Shown piece after piece: positions 30,524 to 40,217 of a stretch of 64,000 nt of DNA. The position numbers were made by a program, and so were the translations under genes. The DNA lies in contig CAVULT010000027.1 of NCBI GenBank assembly GCA_963742235.1, positions 158,635 to 222,634 on the forward strand, in the 5' to 3' direction. Below the pieces are notes generated by a model. It worked only from the letters and a program-made list of their open reading frames with translations. It made no database searches and had not been told where the DNA came from. Positions within the stretch are counted from its first letter, which is position 1. Every line of letters starts with the position of its first letter. The DNA comes from Candidatus Aminicenantes bacterium (GTDB taxonomy: Bacteria > Acidobacteriota > Aminicenantia > Aminicenantales > Saccharicenantaceae).

Positions 30524-31345
30524 ATGCACGCGCTCTTCGCTTACGGCTTTCTCCAGCGGGCCTTTCTCGCGGGCGTCTTGATCGCCGTCGCCTGCGCCGT
30601 TCTGGGCGTCTTCCTCATCCTGCGCAAGGACGCGATGATCGGCCACGGCCTGTCCCACATCGCCTTTGCCGGGGTCGCGCTGGGGCTCTTCCTGAACGTC
30701 CTGCCTCTCGCGGCGGCCCTGGTCGTCGGGGTCGCGGGCGCTCTGGCGATCGTCAAGCTCAAGGGCCGCGCCGGACTCCACGGCGATACGGCCATCGGCA
30801 TCTTCAGCAGCCTGGGCATGGCCGTCGGCATCCTTCTGGCCTCCCTGGCCCGGAGCTTCAATGTCGAGCTGATGTCCTATCTTTTCGGGGATATCCTGGC
30901 CATCGAGCCCCTCGAGGTCTGGCTGTCGATCGGATTGGCCGCGGCCGTCCTCGTGACCGTCCGGCTGAATTACGACAAGCTCCTGTTCATGACCTTCGAC
31001 CGCGAATCGGCTCGGGCGGCCGGGATCAAGGTCGGGCGCCTGGACACCCTGCTGATGGTGCTCACGGCCGTCACGATCGTCCTGGGGATGAAGGTCGCCG
31101 GGATCCTGCTCGTGGCCGCCCTGATCGTCATTCCCGCGGCCGCCGGGCTTCAGGTCGCGCGAAGCTTCCGCACGGCCGTGCGGGCCTCGGCCGTGATCGC
31201 GGTCGCCGCCGTGACGGGCGGGCTGGCCCTGTCGATCGGCGTCAACATTCCCGCCTCGGCGGCCATCGTCATCCTGTGTTTCGTCGCCTTCGCGGCGCTC
31301 TTCGTGCTGAAGAAGGGGCGGGGGCTTCCTTCGGCGTCGGACTGA
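30524..31345 (+). CDS. znuB: Zinc ABC transporter permease
   Basis: 273-aa polytopic ABC-3 family permease. Confidence 0.8.
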   Translation: MHALFAYGFLQRAFLAGVLIAVACAVLGVFLILRKDAMIGHGLSHIAFAGVALGLFLNVLPLAAALVVGVAGALAIVKLKGRAGLHGDTAIGIFSSLGMAVGILLASLARSFNVELMSYLFGDILAIEPLEVWLSIGLAAAVLVTVRLNYDKLLFMTFDRESARAAGIKVGRLDTLLMVLTAVTIVLGMKVAGILLVAALIVIPAAAGLQVARSFRTAVRASAVIAVAAVTGGLALSIGVNIPASAAIVILCFVAFAALFVLKKGRGLPSASD

Positions 31346-31347
31346 TC

Positions 31348-33033
31348 CTAATGCCTGTTCGGCCCGGCCAGGGCCTTGGCGACGATCTCGCGGACGGCCC
31401 GGCCTTCCTTGTCGAGGGTTTTGCGGGAGGCCGCGGCCCGGCGCCTGACTTGGGCCACGAATTTCGTGTCTTTGATCCCGCCGAGATTGATCAGAACGTT
31501 GTCATAGGCTCCCTCGCCGGCCATCTGGGCCGCCAGGCCGGCGACGCCGGCGTCGCTCAGGGAATTCTTGTTCCCTTTGGCCGCCGCGATCCGGGCCAGG
31601 CCGACCGCGTCGACGGCCTTTTCGAGGACTTCGAGAGGCACCAGGGTCGCCTCCTTGTTCGCCTCTTCGATCGCCCTGTCCTTTTCCTGGGCCTGTTCGG
31701 GAGTCGTCTTGGGCAGGCGGAAGGCCTCCATGACCTTGTTGAAGGCCCTGGTATCGCGGTCGACCGCTTCGAGGAGAAAGTCCTTGAGCGCCTGCGCCTC
31801 GACGGCCAAGGAGCTCATCTCGCCCCAGACGTCCTCATAGCCCTTTTTGCCGACGGTCAGGTTGGCGACCATGGCCGACAGGCCCGCGGACAGGGCGCCG
31901 CAGAGCGCCGCGACGCTCCCTCCGCCCGGTGTCGGGGAATCCATCGACAGCTCGTCGAGGAAAGCGCGAAGGGTCATGTCGACAAGGGCGGACCCCGGCT
32001 CCTGGACCTGGTATTCGATGATCTTCTTGTCCGGCTCGAACGGCACGACATCGCCCAGGCCGAGGGAGCGGATGGCCATCCGGATCAGCTCTTTCTCGGG
32101 GACACCGGGGCTTTTGCCCTGCTTTTCGAGATAATAGCGGCCGGCCATGAGGAGCGCCTCCTTGGGAATGAGGCCGACGAGCTCGCTGCCGGTGACGCGC
32201 AGGCCGAGCTTTCCCGCGAGCCGGCCGGCCTCGTCAAAGACGACGTGGACCGGCGTCCTCCTGTAGTTGGTGAAATTGACCGAGATCTGGGCCACTCCGT
32301 AATCCTCGACGTACCAGCCGACGGACTTGACGTCCTTGAACTTCCCCGGGATCGTGACGGCGTTGCCACGGGCGTCCTTGATCAGGTTGCCGTCCCTGTC
32401 GCGCTTGGCCCGGCCGCTCTCCCGGAGGCTCAGGGCGATCTCGTGGGCCAGCTTGCGATCACGGGTATTGAGGTTGATGTTGTAGGCGATGAGAAACTCG
32501 CGGGCGCCGATCGTCGTCGCCCCGGACCTGGGATTGAAGACGGCCGCGCCGAAATCCGGGAGCCAACGCGGGTCCTTGAGCTTCTCGGGAAGGCCTTCAT
32601 ATTCGCCGGACCTGACCGTGGCCAGGTTCCGCCGCTCGGGCCTGCGGGCCGCGGCTTCGTAGAGATAGACCGGGATGGCCAGCTCCTCGGCGACCCGCCG
32701 GGCGAGGTCGGCGGCCAGCCGGATGCAATCCTCCATGGTCACACCCGAGACAGGGACGAAGGGGCAGACGTCCGTCGCGCCCATGCGGGGATGCGCGCCC
32801 CTGTGGGCCCGCATGTCGATGACCTCGGCGGCTTTGGCGATGGCCCGGAAGGCCGCCTCCTCGACCGCCTCGGGCGGCCCGATAAAAGTCACGACGGTCC
32901 GGTTCGTCGAGGCCCCGGGGTCGACGTCGAGCAGCTTGACCCCCGGAACCGTTTCGATCTCGCGGGTGATGCTCCGGATCTTATCCAGGTCCCGGCCTTC
33001 GCTGAAATTGGGGACGCATTCGACGAGCTTCAT
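31348..33033 (-). CDS. ftcD: Bifunctional glutamate formimidoyltransferase / formimidoyl-THF cyclodeaminase
   Basis: N-terminal MKLVECVPNFSEGR formiminotransferase domain; C-terminal cyclodeaminase domain (SPTPGGGSVAALCGALSAGLSAMVANLT). Confidence 0.8.
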   Translation of the reverse strand: MKLVECVPNFSEGRDLDKIRSITREIETVPGVKLLDVDPGASTNRTVVTFIGPPEAVEEAAFRAIAKAAEVIDMRAHRGAHPRMGATDVCPFVPVSGVTMEDCIRLAADLARRVAEELAIPVYLYEAAARRPERRNLATVRSGEYEGLPEKLKDPRWLPDFGAAVFNPRSGATTIGAREFLIAYNINLNTRDRKLAHEIALSLRESGRAKRDRDGNLIKDARGNAVTIPGKFKDVKSVGWYVEDYGVAQISVNFTNYRRTPVHVVFDEAGRLAGKLGLRVTGSELVGLIPKEALLMAGRYYLEKQGKSPGVPEKELIRMAIRSLGLGDVVPFEPDKKIIEYQVQEPGSALVDMTLRAFLDELSMDSPTPGGGSVAALCGALSAGLSAMVANLTVGKKGYEDVWGEMSSLAVEAQALKDFLLEAVDRDTRAFNKVMEAFRLPKTTPEQAQEKDRAIEEANKEATLVPLEVLEKAVDAVGLARIAAAKGNKNSLSDAGVAGLAAQMAGEGAYDNVLINLGGIKDTKFVAQVRRRAAASRKTLDKEGRAVREIVAKALAGPNRH

Positions 33034-34517
33034 CGTCCATCTCCTCTGCGCAGAATGTGCTTGAGCTGCCCGCCGGTGTCATAGACCTCGACCGCGGCGA
33101 GACCGCCGAGATACGGACCGAGCCACTCCGGACGGCCGACAATGACCACGACGGGCGTCGCCGAGAGGTATTTCCTGGCGGCTTCCCGGACCCGCTCGAC
33201 GTCGACGAGCTTGAGCTCTTCGGGCCCCTTGTCCCACTGGCTTTGGTCGAGGCCGAGGGCGACATAGCGGGCCATCCATTCGGCGAATCCCGCGGACGAC
33301 TCGAACCGCAGGGGCAGGCTTCCGACGAGATAAGACTTGGCTTCCTCGATCTCGAAGGGGACGGCCGGGCCCGAGGCCAGGGCGTCGATCTCGCCGACGA
33401 TCTCGCGGACCGCCGGGACGATGGACTCGGGCTTGACCAGGGCCCTGGCCCAATAGATCCCGCAGGAGCCGAAGACCTCCATCTCGGTGAAGGCATACGT
33501 GGCATAGTCTTTGGTTTCGCGCAGGTTCATGAACAGCCGGCTGCGGGTCGTCCCGCCCAGGATCTGCTTGACCACCAGAAAGGGGAAGAAATCCCGGCCT
33601 GAGGAGCCCATGATCACGTTCCCGGCGAAGACCGTGGCGGCGGCGGATCCGGGGGCCTCGATATAGCAGATCCTCTCCCGGTCGTTCGGCGGCGGAGGAG
33701 GAGGGGACTGCCGCGCGGGGGCGGGGCCGGTCCAGCCGACGAAGTGGCTGCCCACCTTCTGAGCGACGGCCGCGCCGTCGATATCGCCCGACACGAGAAC
33801 GGTCGCGTTCCCGGGCCGGTAGAATGTGCCGTAGAATTCAGCGACGTCGCGCGTCGTGATGAACTTGATGAGCTCCTCGCTGTACGTCGCGACTCGATAG
33901 GGATGGTCCGCGAACAGGACGCTGAGGAGCTGCCTCCACCCGAGGACCTCGGGGTCCTTCTTGCTTTCAAAGAGCTGCCAGAACGCCGTGCGCCGCACCG
34001 CCCCAAGCTCGCGCTCGCTGAACGACGCCTCGAGGACGATGAGACGGAGGATGTAGATGGCCCGGTCGAGGAATTCGTCGAGAACGTTCAGGCTCAGGAC
34101 CGTATAGTCCATGAAGACGGCCACCGAGAGCTCGGCCCCGATGGATTCGATCATGTTCTCGAGGTAATCGGCCGAGAGCATCTTGGTGCCCTTGCCGATC
34201 ATGCGGGCCGTCACCGCGGCCAGCCCCGGCCGGTTCGGCGGCGAGTCCGCCTCCCCGGCGCGAATGACCAGCTGGAGCGTGATCACCGGAGTTCCGGTCC
34301 GCCTGGCGGTGGCCACCGTGAGTCCGTTCGGCAACGAGAAGGTCTCGATGGGCGGCAGCTTGAGCTCCAGGCGCTGCGCATCGGGCAGGGGAGGCGTCCG
34401 CCGGAACCTCTCCTGGGCCGACGCGGGAAGGGAAAGGAGGAGGGCGGCAAGAGCCGGAGCCAGGACGGCCCGTGGGACCGGACCCGCCGTGCGGAGCGAG
34501 AGAGCCTGGAGCTTCAT
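33030..34517 (-). CDS. M16-family peptidase homolog, zinc motif absent (predicted non-catalytic)
   Basis: Start MKLQALSL at 34517 (ATGA overlap with the upstream gene); signal peptide. GLAAVTARMIGKGT replaces the expected HxxEH. Confidence 0.65.
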   Translation of the reverse strand: MKLQALSLRTAGPVPRAVLAPALAALLLSLPASAQERFRRTPPLPDAQRLELKLPPIETFSLPNGLTVATARRTGTPVITLQLVIRAGEADSPPNRPGLAAVTARMIGKGTKMLSADYLENMIESIGAELSVAVFMDYTVLSLNVLDEFLDRAIYILRLIVLEASFSERELGAVRRTAFWQLFESKKDPEVLGWRQLLSVLFADHPYRVATYSEELIKFITTRDVAEFYGTFYRPGNATVLVSGDIDGAAVAQKVGSHFVGWTGPAPARQSPPPPPPNDRERICYIEAPGSAAATVFAGNVIMGSSGRDFFPFLVVKQILGGTTRSRLFMNLRETKDYATYAFTEMEVFGSCGIYWARALVKPESIVPAVREIVGEIDALASGPAVPFEIEEAKSYLVGSLPLRFESSAGFAEWMARYVALGLDQSQWDKGPEELKLVDVERVREAARKYLSATPVVVIVGRPEWLGPYLGGLAAVEVYDTGGQLKHILRRGDGR

Positions 34518-35881
34518 TGCGGTCCGAACTCCAGGACGACACGGTTCTGGGGCATAAAGTACTTGCTGGCGAAACCCTGCAAGGCCTGAGGGCTGACGCT
34601 CAGGACCGCGGCCAGATCGCCGCCGAGCCCGTCGAGGCTTTTCCCGGCGAAGACGGCGTCGACGAAGAAACGGGCCTTTCCCAGGCTGGTCGACAGGCGG
34701 TCGAAGTAGTCCGTCTCGAATCGGCGTCGGGCTTTGTTGAGCTCGTCCTGGGAGACGATGTTCGACCTGAGCTTGTCGATCTCCGCCAGAATGCCTTTCT
34801 CGGAGCGGGCGATCATGATGGCGTTCGTCGCCAGGCAGAACAGCTTCAGGGTGGCGATACTCGGCCGCTCGTCCACCGCCCCAGTGACGTAACGGGCCGT
34901 CAGGTCGCGTCGGAGCAGGCGGGCCCTCAGACGCGACGTCTCGCCCTCGAGGAGGACATATTCGAGGATGCGCAGGCATTCCGACTCGCCCGGCTGGAGC
35001 GGAAAGAACCTGAAGCCCATGTGAAAGCCGGCGCTTCCCGAAGGTATCCGGGCCTTCCGCACGACGGCGTCGCTTTCCCGTCTTATCACGGGACGGGGAG
35101 GGAAGGGGATATCCATGCCCGGGGGGATCGAGTCGAAGTACCTGGCGATGAGCTCGCGCGTCCTGACGGCGTCGATGTTGCCGACGATGCAGAGGACGGC
35201 GTTGTTCGGGACGTAATAAGTCCGGTGGAACTCGAGGATCTCGGCTTCGATAAGGTCCGCCATGCCCGCCCCGATCAGGGGATGGCCATAGAGAGGGTCG
35301 GAGAAAAGGATCGAATCGAATTCCGAGAAAGTTTCGAGGTAGGGATCGGCGGCCACCCTCTCCCCGAACTCCTTGAGAAGATCGTAGAGCGTCCGCTCGA
35401 TGGCGGCCGGGGTGATGACCAGGGACTTCATCCGGTCGGACTCGAGCCAAAGGGCCAGGGCGAGCTGATTCGAGGGGAGCGTCTCATAGAACAAAGCCTT
35501 GTCCGGGGTGGTCGTCGCGTTGAGCTCCCCGCCGACTTTCTGGACGAAGGTGATATGCTGGAGAGGGCTGACATTATCCGACCCCTGGAACATCAGGTTC
35601 TCGAGGAGATAGGCCAGGCCCTCCTGGCCGGGCTTCTCCCGAAGGGTCCCGGCGCCGTACCCGACGGCCACCGTCACGAGGGGAAGGCGGGCATCCTCGG
35701 ACAGGATGACGCGCAGGCCGTTCCTCAGCCGGTACTCCTGGAAGGCCAAGGGCAGGGATTCGGGAGCGGCGGTGTCCTGCGACCCGACCGCCTGAAGGGT
35801 GGGGAGGATAAGGGAGGCCAAAATGACGAGCGCCCGCGCCGTTCTGTTCATTTCTCTCGAGAGAGCCTTGGATCCGGACAA
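34514..35881 (-). CDS. M16-family peptidase homolog, degenerate zinc motif YLLEN (predicted non-catalytic)
   Basis: Signal peptide; GLAYLLENLMFQGS where M16 enzymes have G.AHxLEHMxFKGT, so both His ligands are replaced. Confidence 0.65.
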   Translation of the reverse strand: MSGSKALSREMNRTARALVILASLILPTLQAVGSQDTAAPESLPLAFQEYRLRNGLRVILSEDARLPLVTVAVGYGAGTLREKPGQEGLAYLLENLMFQGSDNVSPLQHITFVQKVGGELNATTTPDKALFYETLPSNQLALALWLESDRMKSLVITPAAIERTLYDLLKEFGERVAADPYLETFSEFDSILFSDPLYGHPLIGAGMADLIEAEILEFHRTYYVPNNAVLCIVGNIDAVRTRELIARYFDSIPPGMDIPFPPRPVIRRESDAVVRKARIPSGSAGFHMGFRFFPLQPGESECLRILEYVLLEGETSRLRARLLRRDLTARYVTGAVDERPSIATLKLFCLATNAIMIARSEKGILAEIDKLRSNIVSQDELNKARRRFETDYFDRLSTSLGKARFFVDAVFAGKSLDGLGGDLAAVLSVSPQALQGFASKYFMPQNRVVLEFGPQ

Positions 35882-35984
35882 CGCTTAACAATAGCACAAA
35901 GCCCGGCCCTTGCAAATCCCCTCTGGGATGTGCTATTTTGGCCCGGAAAAGACGCCGGGGACACCGGCCGGAAGGGAGGCTCTC

Positions 35985-37241
35985 ATGGATTACGACATCA
36001 AGGATCCCGGCCTGGCCGCCAAGGGGCGCCTGAGGATGGAATGGGCCTCCCGGTCCATGCCGGTCCTGGAGCGGATCAAGAAGACCTTCGCCAAGGACAA
36101 GCCTCTGTCGGGGGTGCGCATCGCGGCCTGCCTCCACGTGACCTCGGAGACCGCCAACCTCATGGAGGCCCTCAAGCTGGGCGGCGCCGACGTCCGGCTC
36201 TGCGCCTCGAACCCCCTCAGCACCCAGGACGATATCCCCGCCGCCCTGGTCAAGTATCACAAGATCCCCGTTTTTGCCATCAAGGGCGAGGATCACGACA
36301 CCTACTACCGCCACATCCTCCAGGCCCTGGGCCGCGGCCCGTCGATCACCATGGACGACGGGGCCGATCTCGTCTCGGTGACCCATTCCAAGAGAAAGGA
36401 CCTCCTGGGCGGGATCGTCGCGGGCACCGAGGAGACGACGACGGGCGTCATTCGTCTGAAGAGCATGGCCAGGGACGGCGTCCTCCGCTATCCCATCGTC
36501 GCCGTCAACGACGCCCAGACCAAGCACCTCTTCGACAACCGCTACGGCACCGGTCAGAGCACGCTCGACGGCATCCTCCGGGCCACCAACGTCCTCCTGG
36601 CCGGCCTCAGGTTCGTCGTGGCCGGGTACGGCATGTGCGGCAAGGGCGTGGCCATGCGGGCCCGCGGGGCCGGCTCCCACGTCATCGTCACCGAGATCAA
36701 TCCCGTCCGGGCCATCGAAGCGGTCATGGACGGCTACGAGGTCATGACCATGGCCGAGGCCGCGCCGCTCGGGGACGTCTTCCTGACCGTCACCGGCAAC
36801 AAGGCCGTCGTTCGAAAGGAGCACTTCCTCCGCATGAAGGACGGGGCCATCGTAGCCAACGCCGGGCACTTCAACGTCGAGCTCGACATCCCGGCCCTCG
36901 AATCCGTGTCCAGCGGGAAGAGACGAGTGCGCGAGTTCGTGGACGAATACACCCTTCAAAACGGGCGGCGGATCAACCTGCTCGGCGAAGGCCGGCTCAT
37001 CAATCTGGCCGCGGCCGAAGGGCATCCGGCCATGGTCATGGACATGAGCTTCGCCAATCAGGCCCTGAGCGTGCGCTGGCTCCTCGGCCAGGCCCAAGGC
37101 TTGGCCAAGGCGGTCTTCCCCGTGCCTCTGGAGATCGACGAGGAGATCGCCGCCCTGAAGCTCGCTTCCATGGGCACGACGATCGACAAGCTGACGCCGG
37201 CCCAGAAGAAGTACCTGGCCGACTGGCGCGAGGGCACCTGA
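35985..37241 (+). CDS. ahcY: Adenosylhomocysteinase
   Basis: MDYDIKD... start with a GGGAGG RBS; NAD-binding GYGMCGKG; typical SAHH pattern throughout. Confidence 0.9.
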   Translation: MDYDIKDPGLAAKGRLRMEWASRSMPVLERIKKTFAKDKPLSGVRIAACLHVTSETANLMEALKLGGADVRLCASNPLSTQDDIPAALVKYHKIPVFAIKGEDHDTYYRHILQALGRGPSITMDDGADLVSVTHSKRKDLLGGIVAGTEETTTGVIRLKSMARDGVLRYPIVAVNDAQTKHLFDNRYGTGQSTLDGILRATNVLLAGLRFVVAGYGMCGKGVAMRARGAGSHVIVTEINPVRAIEAVMDGYEVMTMAEAAPLGDVFLTVTGNKAVVRKEHFLRMKDGAIVANAGHFNVELDIPALESVSSGKRRVREFVDEYTLQNGRRINLLGEGRLINLAAAEGHPAMVMDMSFANQALSVRWLLGQAQGLAKAVFPVPLEIDEEIAALKLASMGTTIDKLTPAQKKYLADWREGT

Positions 37242-37266
37242 GCGGCGCCCGGGATCTCCGGGAGCG

Positions 37267-38034
37267 CTAGCCCCGGTCTCCGATCAGCCGAAGATAGCGG
37301 GCGATGGCGTCTTTCGTGGCCGGGTCCGTGACCTTCCCCCGGATCTTGAGGAAGGCCTGTTTCGACCGGGCATAATCCTCGTTCTTGAAATAGGCGACGG
37401 CCAGGTTGTAGTTGAAAAGGACATCCTCGGGCACGATCTTGACGGCGGCTTCGTAGGCGGATATCGCCTCGCCGAGATCGTTCTTTTTCTCGTAGATGAG
37501 TCCCTCGAGATTGTGGGCCATGGCCAGGCGGGGCTTGATCTGAATCGCTTTCTGGACGTTGTCGAGGGCTTCATCGAGCCTGTTCTGGAAAACGTAGAGC
37601 CGGGCCAGATTGAAATAGGGGAGTTCCCGGTTCTGGTAGGTGAGGTCGGCCAAAGCCGTGCGGAATTCCCCCTCGGCCTTATCGAGCTGGTTCATCTCCT
37701 GGTAGACCGTGCCCAGATTGTTGTGGGCCTCGGTGAAGCGGGGATTGACCTCCAGGCATTTCTGATAGGCCTTGGCGGATTCGTCCAGGCGGCCCCCCAT
37801 CGAGTGGGCCAGCCCGAGGCCGTTCCAAGCGAGATAATATTTCGTGTCGAGCGACAGGGCCTTGACGAAATACTTCGTCGCGCCTTCGACGTCGTTCTGG
37901 TTGAGATAGAACAACCCGAGGTTGTACTGGTACTGGGGGTCTTTCTCCCGCGCTCTCTGACCCTTGGCCTGCGAAGACGCGCAGAAGGCGAGGCCGGCGC
38001 AGATCGTCACGACGGCAATGGCTTTGGCTTTCAT
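37267..38034 (-). CDS. TPR-repeat lipoprotein
   Basis: Start MKAKAIAVVTICAGLAFCAS with an AAGGAGGAG RBS, followed by about 6 TPR repeats. Confidence 0.65.
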   Translation of the reverse strand: MKAKAIAVVTICAGLAFCASSQAKGQRAREKDPQYQYNLGLFYLNQNDVEGATKYFVKALSLDTKYYLAWNGLGLAHSMGGRLDESAKAYQKCLEVNPRFTEAHNNLGTVYQEMNQLDKAEGEFRTALADLTYQNRELPYFNLARLYVFQNRLDEALDNVQKAIQIKPRLAMAHNLEGLIYEKKNDLGEAISAYEAAVKIVPEDVLFNYNLAVAYFKNEDYARSKQAFLKIRGKVTDPATKDAIARYLRLIGDRG

Positions 38035-38066
38035 CCGTCTCCTCCTTGACTCGAGATCCCCTGCCG

Positions 38067-39062
38067 TCACTCCGCCTTGAGCGCCCGGGACATCAGCTCT
38101 TCCACGGCCTTTTTGGGAGACTTGCCGCGGTAAAGGACCTGGTAGATCTCTTCCGATATGGGCATCTCCACGCCGAGGGCCCGGGAGATGCGGCGGGCGG
38201 CGACCGTCGTATGGACGCCCTCGGCCACCATCCTCATCCCGGCCAGGATCTCGCGGAGCGTCCGGCCTTTGCCGAGCTCGTGTCCGACGCGATGGTTGCG
38301 GCTCAGCTCGCCCGTGCACGTCAGGACGAGATCGCCGAAACCGGCCAGCCCGGAGAAAGTCTCCTTCCGGGCGCCGAGCGCCAGCCCGAGGTTGGTGATC
38401 TCGACGTTGCCGCGGGTGATGAGCGCGGCCCGCGTATTCAGGCCGAACTTCAGGGCATCGGCGATCCCGGCGGCGATGGCCACGACGTTCTTCAGCGCCC
38501 CGGCCACTTCGACGCCGGTCACGTCGGTCGAAGTGTAGGCGCGGAGGGTCACGCTGGAAATGAGGTGCTGGACCTCCCGGGCGGCCGAGGGGTCGCGCGA
38601 GGCGACGACCAGAGCCGTGGGATGGCCGGCGGCGACCTCCTTGGCGAAGCTGGGCCCGGACAGGACGGCCACCCGGGGCCGGACATGGGGCCTGAAGACC
38701 TCCTCCATGACCTGGCTCATGCGCATCAGGGTCTTCTTGTCGAATCCTTTGGTCAGGCTGACGACGATCTGGCCGTGCCTCAGAATGGGGGCGATCCGGG
38801 TGTAGACGGCCCGGCAGAACTGGGACGGAACGGCGATGAAAACGACGTCGCCGAAGGCCGCCGATTCGCGGAGGTCGTCGGTGAATCGAACGGCGTCCGA
38901 AAAGCGGAAGCCGGGGAGGAAAGCCGCGTTTTCCCGGGTCTCGAGGGCCTCCCTCAGGATGTCCTCTTCGCGGATCCACAGGAGGGTGGGCAGGCCGATC
39001 GCTCCGAGGTAGCTGGCGAAGGCCGAACCCCAGCTTCCTCCGCCGATAACGGATGCGTTCAT
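38067..39062 (-). CDS. gpsA: NAD(P)H-dependent glycerol-3-phosphate dehydrogenase
   Basis: VIGGGSWGSAFA Rossmann motif; GpsA-like over ~332 aa; ATGA overlap with plsY. Confidence 0.85.
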   Translation of the reverse strand: MNASVIGGGSWGSAFASYLGAIGLPTLLWIREEDILREALETRENAAFLPGFRFSDAVRFTDDLRESAAFGDVVFIAVPSQFCRAVYTRIAPILRHGQIVVSLTKGFDKKTLMRMSQVMEEVFRPHVRPRVAVLSGPSFAKEVAAGHPTALVVASRDPSAAREVQHLISSVTLRAYTSTDVTGVEVAGALKNVVAIAAGIADALKFGLNTRAALITRGNVEITNLGLALGARKETFSGLAGFGDLVLTCTGELSRNHRVGHELGKGRTLREILAGMRMVAEGVHTTVAARRISRALGVEMPISEEIYQVLYRGKSPKKAVEELMSRALKAE

Positions 39063-39649
39063 GACGATCTCTCCCCGAGCTTTCGTTCGGCGCCCTGGAC
39101 GAGCCGCCTGATGTTTCCCCGATGCCTGACGACGATCAGGGCGGCGATGGCCAGGGCGATCGCCGTGACAGCCACGGATCCGCCTCCGGCGAGAACGATC
39201 AGGGGAAAGGCGAGGGCCCCCAGGATCGAGCCGAGAGAAACGAAGCGCGTCAGCCCGACGACGATCAAGAACAGGCCGATGGCGGCCAGGCAGGGAGCCC
39301 AGGCGATGGCCGCGAAGGCGCCGAGCGCCGTGGCCACACCTTTTCCGCCTCGGAAGCCGATCGAGAACGGGAAGCAGTGCCCGACCACGGCCAGCAACCC
39401 GCAGAGAGCGGAGAAGGCCGGGTCGCCGAACCATCGCCAGGCGAGAAAGACGGGCAGGGCGCCCTTCAGGATATCGAAGGCGACGACCGGGAGGGCGACC
39501 TTCCAGCCTTTGACCCGCAGGACATTGGTCGCCCCCGTGCTTCCGCTTCCGAATTCGCGGACGTCCCTGGTTCCGGACCATCGGGAGAGGAGATATCCGG
39601 TCGGGACCGAGCCCAGGAGATAGGAGGCGACCGCCATGAGGATCTTCAT
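39059..39649 (-). CDS. plsY: Glycerol-3-phosphate acyltransferase PlsY
   Basis: 196-aa polytopic protein, PlsY-like (SGSTGATN, HCFPFSIGFRGGKGVAT). Confidence 0.85.
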   Translation of the reverse strand: MKILMAVASYLLGSVPTGYLLSRWSGTRDVREFGSGSTGATNVLRVKGWKVALPVVAFDILKGALPVFLAWRWFGDPAFSALCGLLAVVGHCFPFSIGFRGGKGVATALGAFAAIAWAPCLAAIGLFLIVVGLTRFVSLGSILGALAFPLIVLAGGGSVAVTAIALAIAALIVVRHRGNIRRLVQGAERKLGERSS

Positions 39650-40214
39650 GCGAGCTCCGCCTCGAAGACGATCCGGTACTCGGCGCCCTCCGGGCCGAGA
39701 AGACTCTCGAAAAGGGCGACCTTGCCGACGGTCATGGCCCCGAAAGACTCCTGGCGGTGCTCGGCCAGCATGCTCATCGCCTTGGCGACACGTTCCGGAC
39801 CTTTGACCCGGCCGAGGGTCAGATGAGGCGTAAAGCCCCGTTTCTCCCGCTCGAAGCCCTCAGCCTCGAGCGCGGTTTCGATGTCGTCCTGAAGGGCCAG
39901 CAGCCCCGGTTCGGCGGCGAAGCCGACCCACAGGACGCGCGGGCTCGTCTCGCCCGGAAAGGCCCCCGTGCCCTCGAGGCGGAGGGGGAAGGAGTGATGA
40001 CGGCCGGCGACGCCTTTCAGGATCTCGCCGACGCGGAGGCCCTGGCTTTCGTCGATCGGACCGAGGAACTTGAGCGTCAAGTGCATCCCTCCGCCGCTCA
40101 CCCAGCGAATATCCGCCCGCGTGGCCCGAAGCTCCCGGACGAGAGAGAGAGGGACTCCTTGATCCGGGGTTCGAGGTCGATGGCGATGAAGGCTCTCACG
40201 GGATCACTCGCCAT
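39646..40214 (-). CDS. thpR: RNA 2',3'-cyclic phosphodiesterase (ThpR/LigT, 2H family), frameshifted inside a (GA)n/(CT)n run
   Basis: Two H-x-T/S-x motifs (HLTLKF, HLTLGR). The true N-terminus MASDPVRAFIAIDLEPRIKESLSLS sits in another frame and ends at TGA; the frame switch coincides with gagagagagag at 40139-40152. Confidence 0.65.
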
Positions 40215-40217
40215 CCA

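Noticed and set aside
35882-35984. Possible SAH riboswitch in the ahcY leader.
   Set aside because: No match to the SAH-riboswitch core; only a plausible TTGCAA-N18-TATTTT promoter and a GGGAGG RBS.
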